A stretch of 63,204 nucleotides of DNA, the filler included, from Hyphochytrium catenoides (taxonomy: Eukaryota > Protista > Hyphochytriomycota): assembly GCA_900088475.1 (NCBI GenBank). It is 6 parts of 6 records of this genome, joined end to end, with 100 filler letters (N's around TTAATTAATTAA, not from the genome) between each part and the next. Parts side by side here need not be neighbours in the genome. Positions count along the whole stretch, not along the records: positions 43,140 to 59,886 come from FLMG01001350.1; positions 59,987 to 61,389 come from FLMG01004367.1; positions 61,490 to 63,204 come from FLMG01002600.1; 3 more parts are not named here. One strand, given 5' to 3'. The translations under genes and the position numbers were made by a program. The first letter of the stretch is position 1; each line of letters opens with the position of its first letter. Shown piece by piece: positions 50,193 to 61,879 of this stretch. The notes below the pieces were generated by a model. That model had not been told where the DNA came from, searched no databases, and saw only the letters and a program-made list of their open reading frames with translations.

Positions 50193-51371
50193 CTACTGAA
50201 GGAGCTGGTTGAGAACCGCAGGAATGTGCCCGTAGCAGCGCTCAAGGAGAGCGATATTCCGTGCTTCATCCGTGAATCCCATGTCTTTCAACGTCTGGAG
50301 CTTCTCAGCCCACTTCTCTCGGCCAGGGAGCCGCTGGGGAGCGGCAGGAGCTGGCTCTGGGGCAGTCTCCGAGACAGTGGTTGAAGGTGCAGTCGTTGAC
50401 GAGGCAGTCTCAGCATCCTCTTCCCTTCCTTCGTCTGATCTCAGGCTTTCCTCAATAATTTGCTGCAGAACAACCTCATGGTCACCTACATCGATATTGA
50501 CACAGCGGCCCCGGCAACTTCTCCTGCCCCCTCGACGTCCACATCCTCGTCGACCTCTCCTTCCACAGGAGGACGCGTCAAGGACGAGGAACTCGTGGTC
50601 TGGGGCATGAGTCTCCACTCGGCGGCTGTGGCAGGCCGCGCAGTAATCAAAATCTGGGCAAGTGGCGCACTTGTACCGTGGACCCACGATGGGCCTAGCA
50701 TTGCAGCCATCACAAATAACCCCGTGGTGAAGCTCAATTGTAGCGGACGGTGGGCCTCTTGGCGCTTGGGATGCGGTCGGCTGTCCTTGGGCTTGGGTGT
50801 GGATGTTCTCAACCACATCGAAAACTTTCTCCAGAAGGGCGGATCCCTCGACAGCAAGTTTGTCGAGCTCTTGAGTAAGATGCTCGTCAATGGAAAACCC
50901 GAAGTTCTGCGCGAGGAAGTCCTGCAGAGTTGGCAGAGGCGCAGCTTCCTCTCGCTCTGTCTGAGAGGTGGAGCCCCCAGCCGATGGTTCGGTCTCAGAA
51001 GGTGCTGCAGATGGTTGTTTAGGCTTCTCCTCTACTTGCTTCACGTTTTCTGCTACCAATGTCTCAGTCGCGGCAGCAGCAGCGGCAGCTTGCGGGGTTT
51101 GTTTGGCTTTTACCACGAGTTGTAGGCTTGGCTTCTTCATTGCGCCAACAATTTCCTTAGCGAGAGTAAGCTCATCCTCGGAGTGAATTGTGACCCAATC
51201 TCCTTCATCGTCCTGGTACTTCAGGGCCAACTGCTCAGGCTGAAGCTCGAACAGCTCCGCCGCTGCCTGTTTGATGAGCGCTAGAGTAGCGCCACGTGTG
51301 GATGGCAAGCGATGGACATCCTGCGCCCCTTCTAGGCGAAGTTTAACGGCAAGGGATGCGTTGTTTGCCAT
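50193..51371 (-). CDS. p62/SQSTM1-NBR1-like autophagy receptor (PB1-ZZ-UBA), single exon
   Basis: PB1 OPCA motif LKYQDDEGDWVTIHSEDEL; ZZ finger HHGVICDGC..IVGPRYKCATCPDFDYCAAC; UBA LQTLKDMGFTDEARNIALLE. Confidence 0.92.
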   Translation of the reverse strand: MANNASLAVKLRLEGAQDVHRLPSTRGATLALIKQAAAELFELQPEQLALKYQDDEGDWVTIHSEDELTLAKEIVGAMKKPSLQLVVKAKQTPQAAAAAAATETLVAENVKQVEEKPKQPSAAPSETEPSAGGSTSQTEREEAAPLPTLQDFLAQNFGFSIDEHLTQELDKLAVEGSALLEKVFDVVENIHTQAQGQPTASQAPRGPPSATIELHHGVICDGCNARPIVGPRYKCATCPDFDYCAACHSRRVETHAPDHEFLVLDASSCGRRGRRGCGRRGGRRSCRGRCVNIDVGDHEVVLQQIIEESLRSDEGREEDAETASSTTAPSTTVSETAPEPAPAAPQRLPGREKWAEKLQTLKDMGFTDEARNIALLERCYGHIPAVLNQLLQ

Positions 51372-52960
51372 CTTAAGGTTCTTCTTTCTCTTCCCTCTCG
51401 GTGTCTCCTGCTTCGTGCTGTTGCGCAGTCAATGACTGTGGACTGCCTGATGGATGGAAATTTCTTTATGATCGTCTCTTCGTGTCCCGTTCGTCGCTGA
51501 GCTGATGGAGTCGCGAACTGCTTGCAGAACCTTGCTTGCAGATCCTTTCTAGAGCAACGAAGACTGTCTGTGCCTTAGGCTGCTGGTCTGCAAGGAAGTC
51601 CAGAGACTTCAATGAGCTTCTTCTCTGTCCACGGCGGCCTCGGCAGTAAGAGACAGAAGGGAAAGAGTCACCAGCGAACGCAAAAGTGCGGAAGGATGAC
51701 GGAAGCAACACCAAACGGCCTTCCCTTTCTACTTGCCCAGCTCCAACATACTGTTGCGCTAGTAGTGCGCACATAAATAAGGAACTATGGAGAAGTAACA
51801 CGAGTTAGAAGGTTGAAGGTGAGAACTGTGGGGGCTTCTGTGTGGGAAAAGAAAGTGGGGAAGTGGGTGTGAGACACAACTCTCTTAGTGTCTCTCTTCT
51901 TCTCTCTTTTTCTCAGCCTTCTCTCTCTCTCTATCCCTAAACGGCTAATGATATTCTCTATTCTTACATCTTGGTGCCACTCTGTCTCGTCCTCTTCTTC
52001 GTCACTGTTTACAATGACAGCCTCCTACCTCTTCTTGACTCTGTTTCTATTACTGTTGTGACTATCGTCTAAGAGCGCCTCCACCTCCTCCCTACTCTGT
52101 CTCTCTCTCTCTCCTTCCTTCCATGTGCTGTGATTCTTATCAGCTCCGCACCTTCTCGTTTGTTCATCAGGTTGTCCGAACATTAAGAGAAAATGTGCGC
52201 TCATTCAGCTTCCAGTTCTGAACCTGAGAATAGGGGAAAGCAAACGAAGCGTAACGAAAAGGCATGGTACCTCACTTGCTATCGTGCATAGGGTACCTAT
52301 TTGGGCTGTATATTACTGATCAGGCGACTCTGATCAAGGATGCTCGTGTTTTCCAAAGACGGCGTGTTTGGAGGGAGTGATGGTCAAGAACTCCCTTGCA
52401 TTCTTCATTCCAAACACACACCTTTCTCAAACCCACAATTCTTAGACATTTCATAATCAATAGCACTCCAGTGAGAGCTTTATTTTCTAAACACAAGTCA
52501 TTCCGAACACAAAGATTGTTCCAAATGTCCTTTCTCTATGCTTTGTATTACGGATTAAAAGCGTTAAATCCAGAAGGTCAGGGCTCGGGCGCCTCACGGC
52601 GGGTCGATGCTGACGGGGCGCTTCTTGTCTTGTACTCCCTCTGTTCAGAGTCCTACTCGTACAGTAGTGCGGATTTTACGTACAAAATACAAAGTATCCA
52701 AAATATAAAGAGAGAAAGAATCCTAAAAATGTGCGATTCACAACAGTCTGCCTCCGAGTCATGGGTTAAGCTCACAGAGATAGAGGATTGGGGTGTGAGA
52801 GCACTCTTTTCGAAGCGCAAACTCAACAGAACCCATACAGACGATACCTTATTGGTGACCCAAACACGTCATTTTTTCACCTAAAGTTAAGTGGAATCTT
52901 ATGAAGTTTATTTATAATCAGCTACTCTGTCATTTCATAAAAAGGAAACAAAAGGGACAC

Positions 52961-53083
52961 TGCTTAACATGATAGAGAAACTGACCCCAAAAAGCCAGCA
53001 AAGCGCCACCACCACCCCATCACATCGCGTTCCACGCTGTGCTTAACATGATAGAGAAAGTGACCCCAAAAGCCAGCAAAGCG
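52961..53083 (+). repeat. Imperfect direct repeat of about 45 bp, 2 copies
   Basis: tgcttaacatgatagagaaa(c/g)tgaccccaaaa(a)gccagcaaagcg at 52961 and 53040. Confidence 0.9.
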
Positions 53084-53149
53084 ACGAGTAAGTCAGGCAG
53101 GAGGTTATACTCTGTTGTGTTGCACCATCTTCTTCGTACTCTTGGGAAC

Positions 53150-54000
53150 AAGAAGCCGTCCCGCAATCCTTGTCGCCGGCGTTTGTTGATAGAGACGGAC
53201 GAAGCATAAGTTAACTGTTACACTATGCACTGCTAAGGAAACTTGCATGGCAAGATGTGATGAAAGGAAGCACTTCTTCACAAGGACCATCAAGACCATC
53301 ATGTTTCATTTTAACGGTGCACCCACTATCACTCTTGGCCAACGGGCAGGACGGGGGATATAGACCTATAGATTACTACTAAATGAACAGTCACCATTTT
53401 AACCATGCTAGGCCAAGTCAAAAGCTAAAAACTGACAACGAGCTTACCCGACGTTGAGAAAGGTGCGTCCTCCTTCTTTCAGCAGAGAGCGGCTAGTAGA
53501 TACTTGTTCACTGACCAACCATAGCTATCACTAGTTGCAGCATCAAACAGGCTAACAGGTTGCCCCGGAACCATGCTCTTAATGTTCTCGGCCGAGAGGA
53601 ACAGCGTTATACTCGTCATTTCGCCCAGTAATGTGTAGATCTTCTCCTAGTAATGTTTATAAGGGGAAAGCGACATAAGATGCATCAGCCAGTGGTGGCG
53701 GCTTCTTTTCTAGCGATATCCAAAGGTGACGCTGTTCTTTTTCTCAGTGTTTAGTACTTGTGCCCAATGGCTGTCTCTCTTTGGCTTCCTTATTACCAGC
53801 CCTAAGCTGCATGGCTTCCTTGTCAACTAGGCTTATGCCACCAAGTGGTTTTCGATCTCTCTATCTGATGGTGAAATGGCTTGTGCCTGTGGCTGTAAGT
53901 CAATCTTTCGTCAACCTGGCTAAGCTTCTGTTCAGTGGCGTCTATTGGTAAACAGCTAGCAACAAGTTTGTAGCGTGAGTTGCTCATCTCAGATGTCACC
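53150..54000 (+). mobile_element. Possible degraded MULE/SWIM transposase relic
   Basis: Stop-interrupted peptides VNCYTMHC*GNLHGK (resembles MULE C..H...N) and ISLSDGEMACACGCKSIFRQPG* (resembles SWIM CxC), in the expected order. Confidence 0.25.
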
Positions 54001-54660
54001 AAAAAGTCGTAGGCAGCAGGGAGCAACTAACGATGGCGAGTTTGCAGAGTATAGTGTCGTTAAAACAAACTGTAGTTCTTGAAAAGCTTTCGTCAGTGTT
54101 ACAATACGGCCTGCGACGGACTCTCCGTAAGCCAAGGAAAGAGCTAAAGATCGAAGAAGAGCTAAAAGAGATCAACTGAGGATGATAGACAATTTGCAAG
54201 ACCATGCAGAGCCTCCTCGACAACAAGAAGAACGGCGGCCAAATGCACCTTGTAAAGGCTTTGGACTTGGCTTCTCCAGCGGCCAAAAGCAGCGATCAAC
54301 AGCAGCAGTCACCAAGCCCTGCCGATGATGTGGAGCACTCAGATGATTGATGTTGAGCCTCTTCCGCTATGATAAAGTGTGACATCAACCATCAGCACCG
54401 TTATGAAGCGCCATATTAGGTCGAGGGGGACTACTGGTTCTTTCCTCTCCAGTTTTGGTCATAGAGAGTCTATAAAGACAATTATTCCGAATAGGATAAA
54501 CTATGATTCGGGACCGTAGGTCTTTGAGAAAGATTATGCGGAATCGGATGGTGACTCGCAGGTTTCGTTCGCTGTCTCGTCAGGTCGGTACCGACGTGAA
54601 TGACCAATTATCTTGTCGAGTCACCGTACAAAGGCCGAGCCTTAGACGGCCTGAGGGGCT

Positions 54661-54716
<56 letters not shown>

Positions 54717-55202
54717 TATGTTGGAGAGCGGGGCTGGTCATCGATGTGATAGAGCAGATGACGTTGGCTGTTCGCCCTCCTTCCTCTTCTTGGTTGACAG
54801 GCCAAGAACAAGCGTCTCTACCTTCCTTTTGGTCGCGTCGGGCTGTCTGAGCTTGGGCGGTAAATTCTTTGTCCTTCCTTCGTCTACGAGGTCAGCCTTT
54901 CTGTATAGAAACAGCAGCATCCACGGTTCGCCTCTAACAGACCAGTGCGTAGTTCTGTGATTGCTCCATCTCAGCGATCTCATCTCTCTCTCCTTGCTTC
55001 ACACCGGCTAACTCTGACCTCTCTCTCTCTGTCTTGTTCTCTCTCTCTCTCTTGTCTGGTCTCTCTCTCTCCCCGATCGCTCTCTTCTTCCCTTCACCCT
55101 CTGATTATAGCGGTTCATTCTCTCTTTTACATCCTCTGCGCAGGGACTGCCCACACTTTCAATCCTTACTCTATCGTTCGTTTCCTATATATTTGAGAAG
55201 CT

Positions 55203-56318
55203 ATGGCGATTGACCAGAGAAACGGTGGACAAGCGTCCGAACATGCCGCAGAAGCTCCAGTTGGTGGCAAAGCGCCTCAGAGTGTCTATCAGACGACCGC
55301 ACCAGTCTCAAACTTTGCCTTCAATGGAATCTATGGCTTCTTCACTGGCAAACCTACCAGCAAGTCAGGCTTCAGCAGCTACTCTACCGCGGAGCAGGTG
55401 GCGGCTAGCTTTGACGGCAGAGGCAAGACTGCCATCATAACAGGCGGAACCGCTGGTCTGGGAGAAGAAACGGCCCGTGTATTGGCCTCTAGAGGATGTG
55501 AGGTCATCATCGCTTGCCGAACAGTCTCCAAAGGAGAGAAGACACTCCAGCATATCAAGGCTCAGAATCCTGAGGCCAAGGTAGAAGTGATGCAGCTTGA
55601 TGTCTCCTCGCTCAAGTCAGTCAGGGCCTTCGCTGAGGCGTATAAACGCACAGGAAAGCCTTTGCACCTTCTCATCCTCAACGCAGGGATCATGGGAGTG
55701 CCATATCAGCTTACAGAGGACAACGTAGAGCTTCAGTTCGCGACGAATCACCTAGGACACTTCTTACTGACAGAGCTTCTGCTGGACACTGTAAAGCAGA
55801 CGGCGCGGGCGACCGGTGTGCCTTCTCGCGTCATTGCTGTGGCTTCTGCTGGTCATTTCTTCATTCTTAGACCCTTTCTTCCGGACACGATCTCATCTGA
55901 AGAGACGTACAATCGCTTCCGCCAGTATTCCTTGACCAAGCTCTGCAATATCCTCTTCATCCGAGAGCTTCAGAAGAGACTGGACCCGAGAGAAGTTATC
56001 GCTGTGGCCATCCACCCAGGCGTAATCCGTACCTCCATCTCTCAAAGTGTAGAACCTGGCTTTTCTAGGTTCTTCTACCCCATAACGGACTTCTTCTGCA
56101 AGCCTTTTTTCAAGAGCGTGCCTCAAGGGGCAGCCACCCAGGTCTATGTAGCTACAGCCAAGGATGAGGAGCTGGTACCGGGCGAGTACTATGCAGACTG
56201 TGGCCTCTCTCCCTCAAGCGACCTAGCCCATGATGCGGAGCTGGGAAGAAAGCTTTGGGATCTGAGTGAGAAGCTGTGCAGGAACCCTAGCGCGGGACAG
56301 AGGAATGGCCTGCACTAG
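55203..56318 (+). CDS. Short-chain dehydrogenase/reductase, retinol-DH/WWOX/Tic32-like, single exon
   Basis: Motifs TGGTAGLG, LILNAGIM, FATNHLGHFLLT, YSLTK (YxxxK), HPGVIRT, KSVPQGAAT. Confidence 0.95.
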   Translation: MAIDQRNGGQASEHAAEAPVGGKAPQSVYQTTAPVSNFAFNGIYGFFTGKPTSKSGFSSYSTAEQVAASFDGRGKTAIITGGTAGLGEETARVLASRGCEVIIACRTVSKGEKTLQHIKAQNPEAKVEVMQLDVSSLKSVRAFAEAYKRTGKPLHLLILNAGIMGVPYQLTEDNVELQFATNHLGHFLLTELLLDTVKQTARATGVPSRVIAVASAGHFFILRPFLPDTISSEETYNRFRQYSLTKLCNILFIRELQKRLDPREVIAVAIHPGVIRTSISQSVEPGFSRFFYPITDFFCKPFFKSVPQGAATQVYVATAKDEELVPGEYYADCGLSPSSDLAHDAELGRKLWDLSEKLCRNPSAGQRNGLH

Positions 56319-56905
56319 ATCACCATCAGTAGCAGGAGAGAGAGAGAAAGATGGAAAGAGTGACGGAGCTTCTGATCTTGAGCTAACAACATGAGGAGGA
56401 TGCACATCACTCGGCACGATTCTGAGACTATTGAACACTAAAGTTAAGCTATCTCTTTTTGCTTCTGGGCACACTCTGTTCCATCTCAAGCTCACTTCGG
56501 TCCTCTTTGTCTCTCTGTTTCTTGTGATAGGCAAGGCACGTCTGATCGATCCCATCTTCGTGGTCAATCATTCTGTCTGTTTGGCTCTCGCCCTGCGCTC
56601 ACACTTTGCTCTTCTCCTATCTCTAGCTTTCTCTTCGCAATCTTGCTCCTCTGTGTGTGTCTCCATACCAAGAGAGCCATCTAGGGTCAACCTTCGCTGT
56701 TCTCCGATATCTCTCATTAAAAGCACATCATTTTGTCCGACCAAGTGCTAGCCCAAGCTTGTCCGTTGTGCATAGGAAGAACATCGTGGCGACCATGGCG
56801 CTCGCAGAATGTTGATGTTCTCCATCGGACGGCTAACGACAGAAGAGGATTAGGCAGAGGGAGAAAGAGAGTTATCGCGCCCTTCCGTCCGGAACAGAGA
56901 GCACT

Positions 56906-58534
56906 TTAAGGGCGATTCTCCGGCGCGTGAGCGTGCTGCATGACTTCCTGCCTGTCACTAGGAACAATCCATCTATGTTTCGACCTAGAGAAGACGTGCC
57001 CATTGTGGATCGTAGTGTACATGCTCCTAGGCCCATACTCCTGTCCAAGCAGGGCAATAACATTGTTGGGCCTCCACCCTGGGCTGCCCATGAACTCGAC
57101 GCGCTTCAAGGGAAAGATCTCTGAGGTACGATAGCGATGCGGCGTCTTACACTGGATAACACCGTCATCTCCATCATCCGGAAGAGACTCTGCCCTCCCA
57201 TCTGGCCCTCTCCAAGAGGTGAGCACGCTAGGACTCATCCTGGCAGAGGCATTGAAGGACAAGCCCGTGATATCGATGAACAAGCCCGTCTGACTGTCAA
57301 CAAAACGCGCATCAATCACGTTGTCCTTTTGAGGAAAGCGGTACTGTGCGTTAGGGTTGACATCTAGAAGATATCTTGACCTGTACCACGTGTTATTATG
57401 CGCGATGTAGGCCGTCAAAAGAGCTTGTCCTGTTGTCTGGAGGTCAATATCGTCGTCCCAGGCGAGGATCTCCCTGTTCCAGGTCCAACCTAGCAGAGAG
57501 CCATGTGCTATCCAGTAGAGAAGCTGACGCTCCTGAGCGAAAGCGCTCCAAGCACTATAGAGGCTGGAGAGGGCTTCCATCCGCTTTGAGGCCCTGTGCT
57601 TGAGCGTCAGATCATGCCAGCGAGCGTCAAGGTGGTGGCAGCCTGGAGCTTCATGGAAGTACTTCATATCAGGAGGATAGGAAGAGGAGTTCGAGCTTGT
57701 GCCGTCTACTGCTGCTGCTGTAGGGAGAAGGGGCCCAAGCTGTTGCACCATTGACGCTCGCGAGGCGGCTCTGTAGTCATAAACTGGTCCTGGACCAAGC
57801 GTCCAATATTCAATGCGTCTCTGAACACTGCATAGTCGCCGCTCGGGCAAGGGACAAGCAATACCTATGGCTTGGTACAGAGAGTCGTCAGCTTGAGACA
57901 TAGAGGGTGTCATCTTAGGCTCTGTCGACTCTCCAGCAGGCTGTAGAGGTGGCTGAGCACTGCCAAGCACAGCATTGTTGCGGTCCGGTGCAGTGTAAGG
58001 CACTGCAAGTGGCTGACTCAGACCCAGCACTCGGCTCTGTCCTCGGCTCCTAGCTCTATGCTGGGCCGGAATGCTTGAAGCAACCCCGGGCAACAAATCT
58101 CCTTCTCCTGCTTGGTGGTGAAGACTGGAGAGCCGTCGTCTGCCAAGTTGAGGTGCGCTCTGTGTGCCTGACTGGTGCTGCGATGCTCTTTCAGGTGTCG
58201 GACGATAGAGATCTGGGGTCATGACGGCCTTCTTCGGGAAAGCATCTCGCCAGTTGGAGCCAGCGGGATGAGCCAATGGAGGGATAGGGGATGGCCCTAG
58301 CTGAGGGTGGTGCCGTCGGCTGTCTAGTAGGTTAGCTTCTTCTTGCTCGTTGTGATGGGAGCTTGAGAAGGGTGCGGGAGGACGCGCGTCAGTGGCCACG
58401 GGTAGAGCATGGCTGGGAAGGAGAATCAGAGCGACGCTTGTGATGACCACCACACGGCGCCAGAGCTCGCACCTCAACCTCTTTATATTCTTCTCCATCA
58501 TCGGGCCAAGCATCTTTGGCGCAGACAAGGCCAT
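56906..58534 (-). CDS. LicD/fukutin-family nucleotidyltransferase-fold protein (MNN4-like), type II membrane, single exon
   Basis: N-terminal hydrophobic VVVITSVALILL, low-complexity stem, then KYFHE..HLDARW, WIAHGSLLGWTWN..LAWDDDIDLQ, YLLDVNP, NVIDARFVD..TGLFIDITGL, IFPLKR..F.G. Start codon uncertain. Confidence 0.9.
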   Translation of the reverse strand: MALSAPKMLGPMMEKNIKRLRCELWRRVVVITSVALILLPSHALPVATDARPPAPFSSSHHNEQEEANLLDSRRHHPQLGPSPIPPLAHPAGSNWRDAFPKKAVMTPDLYRPTPERASQHQSGTQSAPQLGRRRLSSLHHQAGEGDLLPGVASSIPAQHRARSRGQSRVLGLSQPLAVPYTAPDRNNAVLGSAQPPLQPAGESTEPKMTPSMSQADDSLYQAIGIACPLPERRLCSVQRRIEYWTLGPGPVYDYRAASRASMVQQLGPLLPTAAAVDGTSSNSSSYPPDMKYFHEAPGCHHLDARWHDLTLKHRASKRMEALSSLYSAWSAFAQERQLLYWIAHGSLLGWTWNREILAWDDDIDLQTTGQALLTAYIAHNNTWYRSRYLLDVNPNAQYRFPQKDNVIDARFVDSQTGLFIDITGLSFNASARMSPSVLTSWRGPDGRAESLPDDGDDGVIQCKTPHRYRTSEIFPLKRVEFMGSPGWRPNNVIALLGQEYGPRSMYTTIHNGHVFSRSKHRWIVPSDRQEVMQHAHAPENRP

Positions 58535-58841
58535 AAGTGACACAAGAAGCAGACGAGATAGAGCTCTGTCACGGTTTGAAGCCTTTATTTAGAGGATTAA
58601 AGCTGGCTGAGGAGCCCGGTTGTGCGCCGCCATAGAAGAGATGTAGCTCCCTTCAGCCCGTTATAGAAATGAGACGAGCCTACATGGGATAAGAGAAGCA
58701 AGAGTTGACGGAGCTCCTGGACGTGGACTTACGAAGAACATAATAACGACAGGGACATGTCACTCCTAAGGCAGGGGTAACGCACGCGTGAATAGTCACG
58801 TCAACAGCGAGAGGGCAAGGAAGAGTGACAGAGACAGACAT

Positions 58842-58901
<60 letters not shown>

Positions 58902-60879
58902 GAACAGAGGGCGTAGAGAAGATGAAGAAAATATCTACTGTACGATGCAGTGGATCAGAAGCCGCAGGAGAGAATGAATACTCTTGAAGAAGAGACAGAA
59001 AAATAGACAACTATCCAGGGCGAGAGGAGGTGAGCATCTCTCCTTCCTCGATGGCGACATTCGCTTCTCTTGATCTTTGGGTTTCCATTTCTTCTCTACC
59101 GTGGACATCTCTCTCTTTGAGCTTAGCTTCTTAGGGACATCTGCAGCCTATTCGCGGCTCTATGTTGTGGAGGCGTGACGGTTGCTTGATGCGGATGATG
59201 GGTCGCTGCTCTGCCCAAGCATCAGGAGAGACGGCCATAACAGAGCCACAGTGTCTGAGTGAGAGAGAGAGAGAGACAGAGAGAGAGGGAGGGAAAGAGA
59301 GAGAGAGCGAGAGAGATAGCGCGCGCGCGAGAGAGAGAGAGCGAGAGAGCGAGAGAGAGAGAGAGAGAGAGAAAGAGAAGGGTAGAACTGACACAGAGCT
59401 CCAAGAGAGAAGGAATGCAATCAGAAAAATTAATAAGAGAGGAAAAAGACAGTAAGAAGATCCAAAGATTGGAGGCGATGGCAGAGTAGCACANNNNNNN
59501 NNNNNNNNNNNNNNNNNNNNNGAGAGAGAGAGAGAGAGAAAGAGAAGTGAGTGGAAGGGGCTGGATGCTGATGCATAGAGATCAAGTTGCCCTGTAACTG
59601 TCTCTTTTAGGTATATTCCTGCTCATGTTAGACAAAGATAGCTGCCAATCACCAGAGGGAAGAGAAGGCACAACTAGATTCCTTCTCTCCAATCCAACCT
59701 CCCTCCTCTGTCTGTCTGCGGTGCGGTAGGAGGAGGACCTGTTAAAGGTGTTGAAAGGCTGGGGAGACAGGACTTGCTTTGGCTCCTTGAGCTCCGGGGT
59801 TTGTCGCAGAGTAGGTACGGCCCTGTAAAAAGGAGAGAGAGAGAGAGAGAGCCAGAGAGAGAGAGAGAGGGGAGAGAGAGAGAGAGNNNNNNNNNNNNNN
59901 NNNNNNNNNNNNNNNNNNNNNNNNNNNNNNTTAATTAATTAANNNNNNNNNNNNNNNNNNNNNNNNNNNNNNNNNNNNNNNNNNNNGACCTCTTCTCTTT
60001 GAGAGCACTATCAGGACGGGTAGTCCCGACTTGAGTCATCAACGAATGGCTCTGACGAAGGATGCACTCTTCCTTTTCCCTTTCTCCTCTCTTTCTCTTT
60101 GCATGTTATTAGGATAGCCTGTTGACACTACTTCTCTTGCATGTTGCTCTTTTATCTTTGCATTCTCAGGTAGACTGACTCTCTCGCAAGGGAGATTCCC
60201 TCTTAACCTCTATACCTCAGTTAATAAACTTCTTTCGGAAGTAGAAGACCTTTTGCTACTTGCGTGTGTTCCCGCGAAGTCTTCCTCTGCGTGGTGCTTG
60301 TCAGAACTGAGGCCTGGCCAGCCAAGGTACAGACAGAGCACCTTCTCCCTCTCTCACTCTATTCCTATGCTAGCGTCAAGTGATTAATGCGACCCTAACA
60401 TTTGGGAATGTTTTCTTGGCGACCCGCGACCCACGGAAGTCCATATGACTCAGCTTCCCACTGCCTGTTCTCTCCCTCTGCTATTTTCAGCAAGTGTCTG
60501 TTAACCAATTTCTAAGTAGCAGCTTTCCTTCCTGTTTTGGCCTGAGCGTCAACGTTTAGCTAATTCAAGCGCTTCTCTATCACCTCATTGCTTCTCTTTG
60601 TTCTATCGGCTTTCTCTTCCATAGCACTCTTTCTCTCTCATGTCTCGTGTATACGTTAGACGTTTCTATAACTAGTTTATATTCTTCAGTCTCTATTATT
60701 GCTAAATGTTGTCTCTCTCTTTATCTCTTCGTTCAATCCTCATTGTTGACAGTCATCATCATGTTCGTCTGATCATTAGCGAGATTATGATGATGAGTTA
60801 GGTCAGGTGCCGGGCAGAACTCTCTGCAACGGGGGTTACAGAGGAAAAAGAAAGAGACCCAGGAATGGGATGAAACGCT

Positions 60880-61220
60880 GCTTACGTGTAGGAGCCCTTC
60901 GCAAGCAGAAGAGCAGAGGGGCATGGGAGGACACTTGGAACACAAGGCCACAAGCTTCTTTTGCTAACGCCTTAACCCTCAAACCTGTTGTCTCCTTCTT
61001 CTTCATGCTTGACTCCATTCTCGTCAGAGGGAACAAATAAATAGACGGAACGGAGCTATGCGGCTTGGCATGAGGATAAGAACAGTACAAGTGAATGGAT
61101 TAAACTGTAGACGAGGGAGACTCTAAAGACCAACAGGTGCTGCGAAATTTGTACCGGTTAGCATGCGATGAAGCGCAGTAAGGAGCACAGACATGTATGT
61201 TGGTAGATCAACGTACAACC
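60880..61220 (-). mobile_element. Possible degraded Copia integrase fragment
   Basis: Peptides IHVCAPYCASSHANRYKF (compare HSDVCGP....S..G.RYF) and ETTGLRVKAL (compare E.QTG..IK.L), in order, frame-disrupted. Confidence 0.25.
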
Positions 61221-61879
61221 AGTACTTTATCAGCCGATAGATCCAAAATAGCTCCTCCTCCCGTGCCACCAATTGGCCAGCGTTGTCTCTGTGTTATATG
61301 TGAATACTCCGTGTAGTAGTACCATATACTCCTCTGAACTATAAGCTCTCGCTTTATCTCTTGGAGCTAGCGCTGGGCCCAGGAGGTGGNNNNNNNNNNN
61401 NNNNNNNNNNNNNNNNNNNNNNNNNNNNNNNNNTTAATTAATTAANNNNNNNNNNNNNNNNNNNNNNNNNNNNNNNNNNNNNNNNNNNNTAGAGCGATGA
61501 AGACAAACGCCCAGGTCGCAGGAGCCTAAGAGAAGGGGATAGTCTTTCGCTTCCAGCCACCTTGAGACAGAACAAAAACGAGCAATAGGAGGCAAGTGAC
61601 TCTAACATGAAGAAGAATTGGAGAATGCTTTAGCAGTCCAGAACGACTAGTAGGCTCTATCAAGGGCCCAAACATAGAGGCCACGATACAAAATGGCCAG
61701 CACTGTAGGGACCGGGACGGAGACGGAAACTAGGAGTAAGACGTTACATCGTCCTGATCTGAATGCGAGTAAGTCCCAGCTGTCGGATCTTCTGAAGATA
61801 CATCTCCTTCTGCGGACCTGTTAATGACAAGCTCTCAGCAGCGCAGGGAACGTGACAGAATGATGGATGCATGTCAAGC

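Larger units (their letters stand above)
217..59886. repeat. Dispersed (GA)n/(CT)n microsatellites, densest at about 0-7, 12-24, 26-28, 37-41.5 and 58.8-59.9 kb
   Basis: Directly visible, e.g. 229-279, 4135-4187, 19141-19193, 22224-22275, 31182-31226, 54666-54711, 58851-58898. Many N gaps abut them. Confidence 0.98.

Noticed and set aside
12032-51371. Apparent trafficking/autophagy cluster (YKT6, PX, SNF7, p62-like)
   Set aside because: These are common gene classes interspersed with unrelated genes and split by artificial contig joins, so there is no evidence of a functional cluster.
52961-53083. Repeat-spacer-repeat arrangement resembling CRISPR
   Set aside because: Only two imperfect 45-bp copies, eukaryotic context and no cas genes.
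59020-59830. Possible 3' exons of a minus-strand gene
   Set aside because: Frames are ambiguous, interrupted by gaps, and have no recognisable domain.
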